Both the position numbers and the translations under genes were made by a program. From Bdellovibrionota bacterium (GTDB taxonomy: Bacteria > Bdellovibrionota_C > UBA2361 > CALJRW01): DNA of 64,000 nt. The stretch lies in assembly GCA_041740355.1 (NCBI GenBank), contig JBGSMD010000009.1:32001-96000 (forward strand). The letters run 5' to 3'. Positions 39,214 through 49,496 of this stretch are shown here, one piece after another. Each line of letters starts with the position of its first letter. The first letter of the stretch is position 1. The notes below the pieces were generated by a model. It saw only the letters and a list, made by a program, of their open reading frames with translations, was not told the origin of the DNA and did no database searches.

Positions 39214-40502
39214 CTTGTAACTCTCTTCCAAAAATCTGAACAAAAATTAGGATCTTTAAATTCCGCAAACTCTTTCCACTTAGGATAATAAACCATAAAA
39301 CTCTCTTTTGGAAAGATTGCATCCTTCGCAGGATAACTAGCACCACCTAACTCTCGAACTTTTAAATCTAAATTTTTTAGTAAGTCTCTAGTTGTCGCGC
39401 AATTAGGAAAATCAAGGCAAAGTGTTATTCCGGGACGTGGGAACGACAATATACCAGGGGAAACAACATCTCCAAACTCCTTTAAAACAGCCAGAAAAGA
39501 TGCCCGACCAGAAGTTACCACCATTTGCATGATCTTTTTAATTCCCTCCAAGCGATCGTCACTCGGCACAACACATTGAAATTGCAGTAAGCCGGCAGAG
39601 CCATAGATTCGATTCCAATTATTAACACCATCTAATGGATAAAAAAATGGATCATAGTGTACTTCCGAGGATTTTAGTTTTGGACGTTGCCGATGATAAT
39701 AGAGAGCATTAAAGGCACTAACTGTATATTTATTAAGTGCAAAACTTGGAAAATTAAATGGCACAGAAAGTGGTAACTTTTTTGGATTATAATTTGTACT
39801 GAGAGTCAGACTATGATTTCCTCTAATAAAGTGACCACGCGCAAAGTTCTCGCCTGTGCTTACACAATCTAGCCAAGCGACGGTATACTCAAAATTTTTG
39901 GAACTAGCTGATATTTCCATGAACTCTTCAAGTCCTTTGAATTTAATCACTTCCTGTTGGATTAAGGGACCAGCCACTTTCTTAAGTTGAATCTGAGCAC
40001 TAACAATTAAACCCGTTAATCCCAAACCAGCAATAGTTGCTTTAAATAAATCTGAATTATTATTTGGAGAACAATGATAAATTGTCTGATTAGAACGAAG
40101 CAATTTTAAACTCTTAACGAAACATCCGAAAGTCCCACCTTGATGATGATTCTTTCCATGAATATCGTTGGCAATCGCACCACCAATGGTCACATATTTG
40201 GTCCCTGGAGAAACGGGAAGAAACCACCCCTGCGGCAGTGCAAACTTAATCAAATCTTGCAGGCTTAAGCCTGCTTCACAATCTAAAACACCAGTTTTAA
40301 TATCAAAATTTATAATCTTATTTAAACCAGTGGTTACTAAAAGCTCGCCATTATTATTCAAACAAGAATCGCCATAACTTCGACCTAGGCCATAGGCTAA
40401 GTATGTCTTGCTAGGGTCAAACTCAGGTAACTCAGACTGCCAGTATAGAGGAATTGAATGATGTTTGGCTTTTGGATAACGTCCCCAAGATAAATATTCC
40501 AT
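39210..40502 (-). CDS. DprE1-like FAD-linked oxidase
   Basis: G.GRSYGD, PV.PGT.YVT.GGAIANDIHGKNHH, FFYPLD..NWNRIYG, QFQ.V, Y.AKD. Confidence 0.92.
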   Translation of the reverse strand: MEYLSWGRYPKAKHHSIPLYWQSELPEFDPSKTYLAYGLGRSYGDSCLNNNGELLVTTGLNKIINFDIKTGVLDCEAGLSLQDLIKFALPQGWFLPVSPGTKYVTIGGAIANDIHGKNHHQGGTFGCFVKSLKLLRSNQTIYHCSPNNNSDLFKATIAGLGLTGLIVSAQIQLKKVAGPLIQQEVIKFKGLEEFMEISASSKNFEYTVAWLDCVSTGENFARGHFIRGNHSLTLSTNYNPKKLPLSVPFNFPSFALNKYTVSAFNALYYHRQRPKLKSSEVHYDPFFYPLDGVNNWNRIYGSAGLLQFQCVVPSDDRLEGIKKIMQMVVTSGRASFLAVLKEFGDVVSPGILSFPRPGITLCLDFPNCATTRDLLKNLDLKVRELGGASYPAKDAIFPKESFMVYYPKWKEFAEFKDPNFCSDFWKRVTR

Positions 40503-40613
40503 TTCTATAAAAATATAAATTTACAAATAAAACAGTTTCTCAATTTTTGAGATATACTTTAAACCCTAATTTTTTCCTACCCAGCTAATTAAAGAATCAC
40601 AGGTTAACATGTC

Positions 40614-42056
40614 CTATTTTGCTAAATACAAAATAACAACTGCAATCAATCCAACTAAATAACTAGCACGATCTTTTAACGCAAAAATTACAGGATCCTC
40701 ATTTACTTGACCGCGGTTTGCTAAGATCCAAATTCGAGTAATCCAATACAGCAATAAGGGACAGATCATCCAAAGAAACTCAAGGTCACGATAAAGAACA
40801 CCGAGGCCACTATTATTAATATAAAGTGCCATAACCAAAACTGAGACTAAGCCTCCGGAGACACCCACAATTGCTACTATATTCAAATCTAATGCTGAAT
40901 ATCCCCGCCGAACAATACTATTACTAAGATTTGCTGATTTAACTAACTCCACATAGCGTTTGAGTCCAGCTAAACTAAAAAAGAAAAACATTGAAAAAGC
41001 CATTAACCAAAAGGAAACAACAATATTAGTTGCAAATCCACCTGCTAAAATTCTTACTGTGTAGAGTAATGACAAGATAATAATATCCAGCACTACTACT
41101 TGTTTAAAATAGGCTGAGTATGCAGTTGTAATTAGGAAATAAATTAATAAAATAAATGCAAAATTAATTGGTAAAAAACATGTTAAAGAAATAGCACCAA
41201 GCAACAAAGCCGGGACTAGAACAAAGACATATTTAATAGGGAAATCAGCCGAAGCTAAAGGACGTTTATTTTTAGACTGATGCAAGCGATCTGCTTCTAA
41301 GTCTGCCAAATCATTTAAGACATAAACCGCCGAGGCAGTTAAAGAAAAGACTACAAAAGCTAGCAGAGCCGACCAGAGCTCCTCTATTAGGAAAACCTTA
41401 TGTGCTAAACAAAGAGGCAAAAACATTAGTAAGTTTTTAGCCCACTGATGTGGTCGCAGTAATTTAATTAAAGATTTCCTAATTGAACGATACTGTTCAT
41501 TAAATAAGTATTTAGGTTGTTTAATAGCACATGCTTTACTTAGCAATTTGCTGCTAGCATTAACTGCCACGATTTCCTCTGCTTCAGCCCAAATCACCAA
41601 ATCTGAATGGTCATTGCCACAATACTCAAAGGGCGCACCTTTAGTATATTCTTTGATCTTAGCGAGTTTATTCTTCCCTAGATTATTATAATCGACAGAA
41701 CTAGCAATATAGTCTTCAAACACCGGAAAATGCTGAACGACCTGCTTAGCCCACAACTCATTACTAGCAGTAGCTAAGATAATTTTTCGTCCGGTATTTT
41801 TTTCATTTATTAGATAATCAAAAAAATGTACCGTTAAAGGAGTCAGCTGTAAGTCAGGCTTTACGTGCTCAGCGAGAAAGGCCTTAGCAGGTGCCTTTCC
41901 ACTTGAAATTAAAATCCAAAGAACCTGAAAAAATCTCCAAGGATTGCTTTTTAAAAGAGTGATTAAGCCTTCAAAAAAAAGATCACTTTTAAATAAAGTG
42001 CCATCTAAGTCGACAAAAATGTAATTCGAACTCTCTTTGGCTTGTTCCATATTCAA
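40614..42056 (-). CDS. HAD-like domain plus UbiA-family polyprenyl-phosphate phosphoribosyltransferase
   Basis: VDLDGTL at the N-terminus; RPHQW.KN, Y..ND..D...DR.H..K..RP.AS, KRY.E, EDP..FA.KD. Confidence 0.9.
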   Translation of the reverse strand: MNMEQAKESSNYIFVDLDGTLFKSDLFFEGLITLLKSNPWRFFQVLWILISSGKAPAKAFLAEHVKPDLQLTPLTVHFFDYLINEKNTGRKIILATASNELWAKQVVQHFPVFEDYIASSVDYNNLGKNKLAKIKEYTKGAPFEYCGNDHSDLVIWAEAEEIVAVNASSKLLSKACAIKQPKYLFNEQYRSIRKSLIKLLRPHQWAKNLLMFLPLCLAHKVFLIEELWSALLAFVVFSLTASAVYVLNDLADLEADRLHQSKNKRPLASADFPIKYVFVLVPALLLGAISLTCFLPINFAFILLIYFLITTAYSAYFKQVVVLDIIILSLLYTVRILAGGFATNIVVSFWLMAFSMFFFFSLAGLKRYVELVKSANLSNSIVRRGYSALDLNIVAIVGVSGGLVSVLVMALYINNSGLGVLYRDLEFLWMICPLLLYWITRIWILANRGQVNEDPVIFALKDRASYLVGLIAVVILYLAK

Positions 42057-42806
42057 TTATTTTACTGTATCAGTGTTTGGTAAAAACCAACCAAACCACT
42101 TTTGTTTCCAGGCAGGATTATTCCAAGTATTATATTTAATGATTGCATATATGGCGCGAAAGCCATCTCGCCAACCAATCTTTTTGCCCTCTTCGTAGGT
42201 TCTACCGTAATAAGAAATACCAACTTCAAAAATACGTGCCTTGGAGCGAGCAATCTTCGCGGTAATCTCTGGCTCAAAACCAAAACGTTCTTCTTCAATT
42301 TGAATATTTTGGATTATCTCACGGCGGAAAACTTTATAACAAGTTTCCATGTCAGTTAAATTGATGTTCGTAAACATATTAGATAACAACGTCAGAAACT
42401 TATTCCCCATCATGTGCCAAAAATATACTACGCGGTGAGGCGCTGCACCCATAAATCTAGAACCAAACACAACATCAGCCCGATCTTTTAAGATTGGCTC
42501 AATTAAAATTGCATATTCTTGGGGATCGTATTCCAAGTCAGCGTCTTGAATAATAACTAAGTCTCCGGTTGCTTCTTTAATACCAGTTCTCAAGGCTGCA
42601 CCTTTCCCCTGATTATAATCATGATAAATAATCTTACTAACTCGTTCTACAACCTCTTCTCTTAAAAGCTCTCGTGTACCATCAGTTGAAAAATCATCCA
42701 CAATGATAATTTCCAAATCTCTAACAGGTGAAGCTTTAACAGCATCAATAATTTGATGAATCGTTTCTTTTTCGTTGTAACAAGGAATAATAACGGATAG
42801 TTTCAT
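42057..42806 (-). CDS. GT2 glycosyltransferase (DPM1-like)
   Basis: [40 protein letters not shown]. Confidence 0.93.
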   Translation of the reverse strand: MKLSVIIPCYNEKETIHQIIDAVKASPVRDLEIIIVDDFSTDGTRELLREEVVERVSKIIYHDYNQGKGAALRTGIKEATGDLVIIQDADLEYDPQEYAILIEPILKDRADVVFGSRFMGAAPHRVVYFWHMMGNKFLTLLSNMFTNINLTDMETCYKVFRREIIQNIQIEEERFGFEPEITAKIARSKARIFEVGISYYGRTYEEGKKIGWRDGFRAIYAIIKYNTWNNPAWKQKWFGWFLPNTDTVK

Positions 42807-43059
42807 TTTAATGCTGATTTAAAAGGATAAATATATTAAGTATTTAGTAATGACAAAAATATTGAGTTCATAACTTAAACTCCTAGCTCATTTGGGGTAT
42901 TACTTTTGGACTTAATATATAGCCAAAGATGCTTAAATTTACAATGTACAGAAAGCAGATCTACTCTTATACTAACATCAGGCTTTTTGTGTATTTTGAA
43001 AGCCGTAAGTGGACTAATTAATGCCATTTTTGCAATAAACATAAATCTAAATATCTGAT

Positions 43060-43974
43060 ATGAAAGTTAATAATATCCTGGAAACTATTGGCAATACTCC
43101 CCATGTAAAAATCAACAAACTCTTTGGTCCAAGTCAAAATGTTTGGATGAAACTAGAGCGCGCCAACCCCGGTGCTAGTATCAAAGACAGAATTGCTTTA
43201 GCAATGATTGAAGATGCTGAAAAAAGTGGCCAGCTTACAAAAAGTGGAGTGATTATTGAACCAACTTCTGGAAATACTGGTATAGGATTGGCAATGGTCT
43301 GTGCTGTAAAAGGTTATCGACTAATATTAGTCATGCCAGAATCAATGTCTTTGGAAAGACGACGATACATGCAAAATTTGGGAGCGGAATTAGTTTTAAC
43401 TCCTAGAGAATTAGGAATGAAAGGGGCAATTCAAAAATCTATTGAACTCGTAGAGACAACACCGAATGCTTGGTCGCCTGACCAATTTTCTAATCCCGCT
43501 AATATTGAAGTACATGTTAAAACTACTGCCCAAGAAATCTTAAAAGATTTTCCAGAAGGTTTGGATTACTTAATTACCGGAGTAGGAACCGGTGGACATA
43601 TCACTGCCTGTGCACAAGAACTAAAAAAACATTTTCCAAAACTTCAAGTCTTTGCAGTTGAACCAACAATTTCTGCTGTAATTTCCGGAGAAGCTCCTGG
43701 CCCTCATCCAATTCAAGGTATTGGAGCTGGGTTTATACCCAAGAACCTAAATATGGAGCTATTAGACGGGATAATAAAAGTTGATCCCAAATCAGCCTTT
43801 GAAATGGCTAGACGTTGTGTAAAAGAAGAGGGTATTTTTATTGGAGTATCATCCGGCGCATCGCTCGCTGCAGTTGAACAAAAGTTACAGGAGATACCAG
43901 CGGGAAAAACAGTACTAACCTTCTGTTATGATACTGGAGAGCGGTATTTGTCTGTAAATGAACTATTTATATAA
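43060..43974 (+). CDS. cysK: Cysteine synthase
   Basis: [39 protein letters not shown]. Confidence 0.95.
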   Translation: MKVNNILETIGNTPHVKINKLFGPSQNVWMKLERANPGASIKDRIALAMIEDAEKSGQLTKSGVIIEPTSGNTGIGLAMVCAVKGYRLILVMPESMSLERRRYMQNLGAELVLTPRELGMKGAIQKSIELVETTPNAWSPDQFSNPANIEVHVKTTAQEILKDFPEGLDYLITGVGTGGHITACAQELKKHFPKLQVFAVEPTISAVISGEAPGPHPIQGIGAGFIPKNLNMELLDGIIKVDPKSAFEMARRCVKEEGIFIGVSSGASLAAVEQKLQEIPAGKTVLTFCYDTGERYLSVNELFI

Positions 43975-44059
43975 ATAATTAAGCGAATCCTTGCTTAAGA
44001 TGCTTATTTTAAGCTATTATATTAGCTCTATTCTATTCTTTAATTCTTGATAAATACCA

Positions 44060-44389
44060 ATGCAAAGATCTTCTGAAGAACAAATTCTTTTCAATGAAAA
44101 CTACTACAAGCGTCAGTTTGAGCTTTTAGAATACATGTACAAAGATGCAGAAAAACAAGGCCTTGCTCCTACAGAAGCAAATTACACTGTTAAAATAATG
44201 GCTGAAGGTTCAAAGCTTAAAAATGAGGACGAAATCCTACGTTTCCTTTACATCATGGAAGGACAAAAGCTTGTATCCCCTTACCCACATGGTGACTTTA
44301 CTTCAGATTTTTGGTGCTTAACTGCTTATGGCGAAGACATTGCTCGTAAGCTTGTTATGGGTTCAATTGATCTTGAAGAGCTTTGGTAG
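44060..44389 (+). CDS. Hypothetical protein, possibly winged-helix
   Basis: 109-aa ORF followed by a terminator; LT..G motif near the C-terminus. Confidence 0.6.
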   Translation: MQRSSEEQILFNENYYKRQFELLEYMYKDAEKQGLAPTEANYTVKIMAEGSKLKNEDEILRFLYIMEGQKLVSPYPHGDFTSDFWCLTAYGEDIARKLVMGSIDLEELW

Positions 44390-44410
44390 AAAGTATCTAA
44401 GGCCTATTAA

Positions 44411-44455
44411 AAAAGTCCGCCGAAGTCTATTCCAGATTTCGGTGGATTTTTTTTG
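44411..44455 (+). terminator. Intrinsic terminator
   Basis: AAAAGTCCGCCGAAGTCT...AGATTTCGGTGGATTTTTTTT. Confidence 0.75.
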
Positions 44456-44484
44456 TTCTTTTTTAGGTTAGATTAAAACTTTCT

Positions 44485-44820
44485 TTAGCTAGGCAATCCG
44501 TCTTCGCTAGAAGTTATTTAAAGATAAGAAGTTGTTTAAATGCTACGACGCGATAAATCCGTCTTCGCTAGAAGTTATTTAAGAATTAGATGATATTTAT
44601 GGGCTCTGACGAGATCTTTTTTCTTCCTCTTCGATGAAATCGAAACTATCATTAGCCAGGCAATCCGTCTTCGCTAGAAGTTATTTAAAGATAAGAAGTT
44701 GTTTAAATGCTACGACGCGATAAATCCATCTTCGCTAGAAGTTATTTAAGAGTTGGAAGATGTTTAGAGGCTACGAAGTGATCTTTTTTTCATTTTCGAT
44801 GAAATCGAAAATGAAAAAAA
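44485..44820. repeat. ~167-bp tandem duplication with an internal 27-bp sub-repeat, downstream of rnpB
   Basis: AATCC.TCTTCGCTAGAAGTTATTTAA at 44495, 44556, 44662 and 44723. Hairpin TTTTCGATGAAATCGAAAA at 44784-44820. Confidence 0.85.
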
Positions 44821-45224
44821 GAGTTAAGCGATAAGCGGAGTTTTGTAATTATGTAGTCATTTATCTGGGAACTTTGTCACCAAAGCCCTCAAGCGACTTA
44901 CCTGAGTTTGATTGTTTCCAATCAGTGCGAGCAACACATAATACTCAATTTAGTCTTGCATCAGCTAGGGTTTACCAAGCCAAAGAGTTACCCCTTTGCT
45001 GGTGAGCTCTTACCTCACCGTTTCACCCTTACTCTCCCCTTTTGGGACGCCGAAGAGAATGCATTGTATTAGCATTATCTAGTGCGTCTCAAAAGGGGAG
45101 AGCGGTTTAATTTCTGTGGCACTTTCCCCAAGTCACCTTGAGCTGCCGTTAGCAGCTAGCTTGCTCTATGAAGCTCCGACTTTCCTCAGTAATAATTAAA
45201 TTACTGCGACTACTTGCTTAACTC
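44821..45224 (-). ncRNA. rnpB: RNase P RNA, type A
   Basis: Minus strand: P1 GAGTTAAGC/GCTTAACTC, GAGGAAAGTC, AGTGCCACAGAAA, GGGTGAAACGG.G.GGTAAGAGC, GGTAAACCC, ACAAAAC..CGCTTAT. Confidence 0.95.
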
Positions 45225-45317
45225 TAATTGAATTATATCTAATAAAAAATTAATAAGCAAAGATGCAATTAGCTATGGTTTCTTAATTACTAACTAAAGA
45301 TCTTAGTTGATTATTAA

Positions 45318-46142
45318 CTAACGAATTAAATAATTATTGGTATTATTAATAAATTTCAAATTATTACTTTCGTAATTAGTTGATTTTATAGATTTAATAG
45401 CAACCTTATTTTTTTTGAATTTTGTCTTTAGAATTTTGGTCTTTTTAAGTTGTGCTTTTTTAAAGAAAATACCAACTTTATTATCTTCAAAAAGTGCAGA
45501 TTCAATCTTAATTCTTGCAACCTTATTTTTTACACCTGCCTTGTCAATTACGACACCTTGAATATTGTCCCTAAAAGTTGTTTTACCCTCAATTATCAAA
45601 TCATTATTTCCAGTAAGACTATAATGATGTATTCCGATTTCATTATTATTAAATATAACGTTATCAAAAACAAACCCAGCGACACTTCGCCCAACACCAC
45701 TGGTTAAATATTCAAGCTTTGCACCAATTTTAGAATTATGAACTATACTATCAGCTACAAAAATACTTCCTTCGGAAAATATGGCATAGTCCGATCCACT
45801 GGCCTGAATATCTAGTTCATCCAAGAATGTCCCTACACCATTAGCATTTGAAATTGAGCCCAGTATCTTACTAAGTAAAACTCCATTACCATCAGTCGCA
45901 CCTCTAATACTAACAGCTATAGCAGAGTTTACTATATAATCAAAAAATAAGTTTTCCTCATAAATACCCGGCTGTAGTTGAATCTCTACCGTGTTTTGTT
46001 TATTTGCTTGATAGGCTTCATTGATACTTGCATACTCACAAGTGTCACAAACGCCAACATTGATCACTTCCGAATATACGTTCGATGTTACAATGAAAAC
46101 AGCAATTAATGCGATTAAGAATCTAATAAAGTTAGGTTTCAT
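45318..46142 (-). CDS. Secreted right-handed beta-helix (pectin lyase-like) protein
   Basis: Signal peptide, Y.SI.EA, I.L.PG.Y.E, repeated F..N..GI units. Confidence 0.7.
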   Translation of the reverse strand: MKPNFIRFLIALIAVFIVTSNVYSEVINVGVCDTCEYASINEAYQANKQNTVEIQLQPGIYEENLFFDYIVNSAIAVSIRGATDGNGVLLSKILGSISNANGVGTFLDELDIQASGSDYAIFSEGSIFVADSIVHNSKIGAKLEYLTSGVGRSVAGFVFDNVIFNNNEIGIHHYSLTGNNDLIIEGKTTFRDNIQGVVIDKAGVKNKVARIKIESALFEDNKVGIFFKKAQLKKTKILKTKFKKNKVAIKSIKSTNYESNNLKFINNTNNYLIR

Positions 46143-46386
46143 AGTTTTTTGTAATTAAAAATTTAACTTAATATTAATAACTAATAAAAGTGATATCCCC
46201 CTGATTAACAGGTTTATTATTGAAGGATCGCATAAGAATTGCTTCCCGATATTAAATATGTATCGACAAGAAAATTGCTAACTTTACTTATAATTACTTC
46301 TAAGTGAGATTTTATCCATTTACGCAAAATTATTTGCAAACTCCAACTCAATCTAGCAGCTAAATCCTACATCAAGTAAGAGATAT

Positions 46387-47949
46387 TTAGCATTTATTAA
46401 AATCTAGAATGAAAATCCTTCTTATCTTCCCTATTTTTTCTTGACCATCCCAATTATGGCCATAATACTTTCTCACTCGACATTCAGATTTTGGTGTCAG
46501 GCCATTAATATAATCTTGAGAAGTAGAAACTAAGTAAACTTTTCCAACAGAAGATTTAATGGTCGTTTCTACTTCCTGTAATGAACATGATTTTACAGCA
46601 ATTTGATCCAGCATTCCCAAATAAAGTTTCTCCCGAAAGGGCAATGAACGCAATGATTTGCTGTTAAAATCCAAGCAATAAAAAATTAATCTTGCCTGAT
46701 TATTTTGAATTTCTTCCTTAATCTTTCTAACTGCATGCTCAAGCTCAATCACTTCCTTACTCTGAAAGATCATTTTTGCTGTTATGAATTGATGTCGAAC
46801 AATCATCCCTGATATTGATAATAAGAAGATCAAACTAATACTTGCAACAATATATGACTTTTGGATTATTGAACTTTTCGCAAAGCGATATAAGTCAACC
46901 AATAACAACGCTGTTAAGATCGCAATTGCCGGAACGATTGGAGCAATGTACCAATAAAGTCGTGATTGCAGAATGCTATAAAAAATTATTGGAAAGACTA
47001 TCCAAACAGTTAGAAAAAGATGTCGGGTACTGCGAAACGCGTAAATTATTCCATATACAATAGTGATAATTAAAATATATGGTGGGAAATCACGTCCCCC
47101 AAAAAATAGTACTCTCAAATAATAGAAATAATGCTTAGAGTTATTATGTCCTTGACTAACTAACTTCTCCCAAATCTCAAAATTTATTGTTGCGGTAAAG
47201 GTACTGGACTGAGAAAATAAAACCAATCCTATTCCAGCGCTAAATAAAACTGGTAGAATCACACCATAAAAACAGACTGGGATAAAACATTTTTTATTAA
47301 ACAGAACCTTTGGTCTGAAAAGTAGAAAAACTCCCCCAATTAAAGCTGGCAATAATCCTGCGACACTTTTGGATAATATGGAAAAAAATAAACAAATACC
47401 AAATAATAATGAATATTGTTTAATTTTAGAATTACTGGAAGCTGTTTCGAATACAATTCGTTCCATTTCCTCCCAAAGTTTCCAGCCACAAAAGAAAGTA
47501 AGAGTTGTAAAGAAAATCAGAACTCCATCAGTTACCGTCTCTCGAATTACATGCGAAGCAAAAATTAATTTACATGAGAAGATGACTGCCAGGCTAATCA
47601 ACGCAGTTCCTTTTGAACCGGTAATTGCTAAAGACAAAAAATAAACTGTTATTAAGAATAAAAATCCAGCGATGGCACTCGGCAATCGATATGCGAAAAC
47701 AGTTTCTCCCAGAATGTGGGTAGAAGCGTAAAACAAGTAGTGTACAAAAGGAGGTTTGTGCAGGAAGTGATTCCCGTTCAAAGTTGGAATCCAAGAATCG
47801 TTGATACGCATCTCTTGGACACTCCGAACATAAATACTTTCATCTGCCTTACTAAAAGAGTAACTCCCTAAATTAAAAAAACAAAAATATAAACATACGA
47901 GTAAAATCACAGAAATGCTGAGATGTTCTACGAATCTACTGTATTTCAT
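46387..47949 (-). CDS. ArnT/PMT-like (GT-C) glycosyltransferase
   Basis: DE..Y...EM, P.LNG..F.HKPP, AYRLPSA, many TM segments. Confidence 0.88.
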   Translation of the reverse strand: MKYSRFVEHLSISVILLVCLYFCFFNLGSYSFSKADESIYVRSVQEMRINDSWIPTLNGNHFLHKPPFVHYLFYASTHILGETVFAYRLPSAIAGFLFLITVYFLSLAITGSKGTALISLAVIFSCKLIFASHVIRETVTDGVLIFFTTLTFFCGWKLWEEMERIVFETASSNSKIKQYSLLFGICLFFSILSKSVAGLLPALIGGVFLLFRPKVLFNKKCFIPVCFYGVILPVLFSAGIGLVLFSQSSTFTATINFEIWEKLVSQGHNNSKHYFYYLRVLFFGGRDFPPYILIITIVYGIIYAFRSTRHLFLTVWIVFPIIFYSILQSRLYWYIAPIVPAIAILTALLLVDLYRFAKSSIIQKSYIVASISLIFLLSISGMIVRHQFITAKMIFQSKEVIELEHAVRKIKEEIQNNQARLIFYCLDFNSKSLRSLPFREKLYLGMLDQIAVKSCSLQEVETTIKSSVGKVYLVSTSQDYINGLTPKSECRVRKYYGHNWDGQEKIGKIRRIFILDFNKC

Positions 47950-48003
47950 AATTGATAAAAATTAGTTCGACGCATCTAGGTCCCAGATACGCTTAATGCA
48001 GAA

Positions 48004-48729
48004 CTATTCAGATTTTTCTTCTGGACTCAAAATCCTTCCGCAACTTGGGCAAGTTAACAATTCTGTACCACGTGTAACTTGTACAAAGATTTGAGGACTT
48101 AATGAGAAATAACAACCAGTACAAGACTTGCCACTTAGTGTAACGACAGCCTGTCCTGGATAACGAGCTGAAATTCTTTTATAGAAATTCATATCCTTGG
48201 GAGTGATTGCCTTACTAAGGCCAGCATGCTGATCTTGTAATTCATTAAGCTTATGATCTAAATGAACAAAAGCTTCTGTTAGCTCTGTTTGTAATGTGGA
48301 AACAGACGAAGTTAAGGCTTCCGAATCTAGTTCGAGAGTACCCTTTTTGGTCGAAATATTATCAATACTATCTAAGGTTTCTAGGAGCTTCTCTTCTTGT
48401 AGCTGTAACTGCTTATTAGCCTGATCAATCTCTTTGTTAGCTTTTTCTTGAAGTTTATAATCATTAAGTGTCTGAATTGAGCGGCGTCTAGCAACTAACT
48501 TTTGTTGCTCTTCTTTCAGGTAGGCTTCTTGCGTTTGAGTTAAACGTTGTTTTTTTTGAAGCTCTTCATTTAATTGTTCTAATTGTTGCTGAACAGCTAA
48601 AAGTTTGGAATTTTTTTTAGTTAATTCTTCGTTTAATTTATTTTTTTCAGCAAGGGTTTGATTTAATTGTAAATCAATTTTGCTTAAAGCACGAAAGTTA
48701 AGCAGTAATTCTTTAGTTGATTCTGACAT
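48004..48729 (-). CDS. Coiled coil plus C4 zinc-ribbon protein (DUF164/CT398-like)
   Basis: Long coiled coil, then CTGC...CPSCGRIL. Confidence 0.88.
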   Translation of the reverse strand: MSESTKELLLNFRALSKIDLQLNQTLAEKNKLNEELTKKNSKLLAVQQQLEQLNEELQKKQRLTQTQEAYLKEEQQKLVARRRSIQTLNDYKLQEKANKEIDQANKQLQLQEEKLLETLDSIDNISTKKGTLELDSEALTSSVSTLQTELTEAFVHLDHKLNELQDQHAGLSKAITPKDMNFYKRISARYPGQAVVTLSGKSCTGCYFSLSPQIFVQVTRGTELLTCPSCGRILSPEEKSE

Positions 48730-48806
48730 AACATTAGTCTAGTCCAATCTAAAAATTTTGCAATAGTTGAAGCTATTTTTTAATAAACTATCAATACATA
48801 ACTTAA

Positions 48807-49337
48807 CTAATTAGCTTTTAGTAGAAATACCCGATGGTCTACATAATGGTCATATAACCACTCGGCATTGGGGATTAGCTCACCTTTTACGAATCCAAGT
48901 CTTTCTGGGATAGCTTGGCTTTTTAGATTGCCTTCGGCACAATTAATTTGGATCCTATTTAATTTATACTCATTAAAAGCATGTGCAATAAGTGACTCAC
49001 AACTTGTAGTCATAATTCCCTTCCCTTGATAATTCTCTGCTAGCCAGTAACCAAAATGTGCGACTTTATGTTGCCAATCAATACTATTATAACCAATTAC
49101 CCCACAAATTTTATCTTGAAACCAGATTCCACTAACAAAACAACCCGTTTCAACATAAGCAATTAAGGTTTGTTGAATAAAATCTTTAGTATGTTGTTCA
49201 ATCGTAACTCCATCCAACCATGGCAACCAAGTTTTAAGGTATGCCCTATTCTGATTAGTTAATATGAAGAGCTCCTGAGCATGTCGATTATCTAAGACTT
49301 TAAGGGTTATTTGGGGGTTAACAATTAATGGAAACAT
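48807..49337 (-). CDS. RimJ/RimL-family GNAT N-acetyltransferase
   Basis: NR.YL..WLPW, GYWL...QGKGIMT, N.KS.AIPERLGF. Confidence 0.92.
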   Translation of the reverse strand: MFPLIVNPQITLKVLDNRHAQELFILTNQNRAYLKTWLPWLDGVTIEQHTKDFIQQTLIAYVETGCFVSGIWFQDKICGVIGYNSIDWQHKVAHFGYWLAENYQGKGIMTTSCESLIAHAFNEYKLNRIQINCAEGNLKSQAIPERLGFVKGELIPNAEWLYDHYVDHRVFLLKAN

Positions 49338-49422
49338 TACTCAAAGTATTAAATATTTTGTTAAATTACTAAAGGCCAATAATTTACAATCACATACATC
49401 TATCATATAACTGTAAATCTAA

Positions 49423-49496
49423 GGCTCCATAGCTCAGTTGGTTAGAGCAGCCGGCTCATAACCGGTTGGTCCTGTGTTCAAGTCACAGTGGAGCCA
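49423..49496 (+). tRNA. tRNA with CAT anticodon, most likely tRNA-Ile2 (lysidine); CCA not encoded
   Basis: GGCTCCA acceptor, TAGCTCAGTTGGTTAGAGC D arm, GCCGG-CTCATAA-CCGGT anticodon arm, CTGTG-TTCAAGT-CACAG T arm. Resembles Ile2 rather than fMet or Met. Confidence 0.9.

Noticed and set aside
44495-44750. Four 27-bp repeats resembling a CRISPR array
   Set aside because: Spacing is 61/106/61, spacers 1 and 3 are identical, the units derive from a REP-like palindrome, and there are no cas genes in the window.
49423-49496. Initiator tRNA-fMet
   Set aside because: It has a paired G1-C72 and lacks the three consecutive G-C pairs in the anticodon stem.
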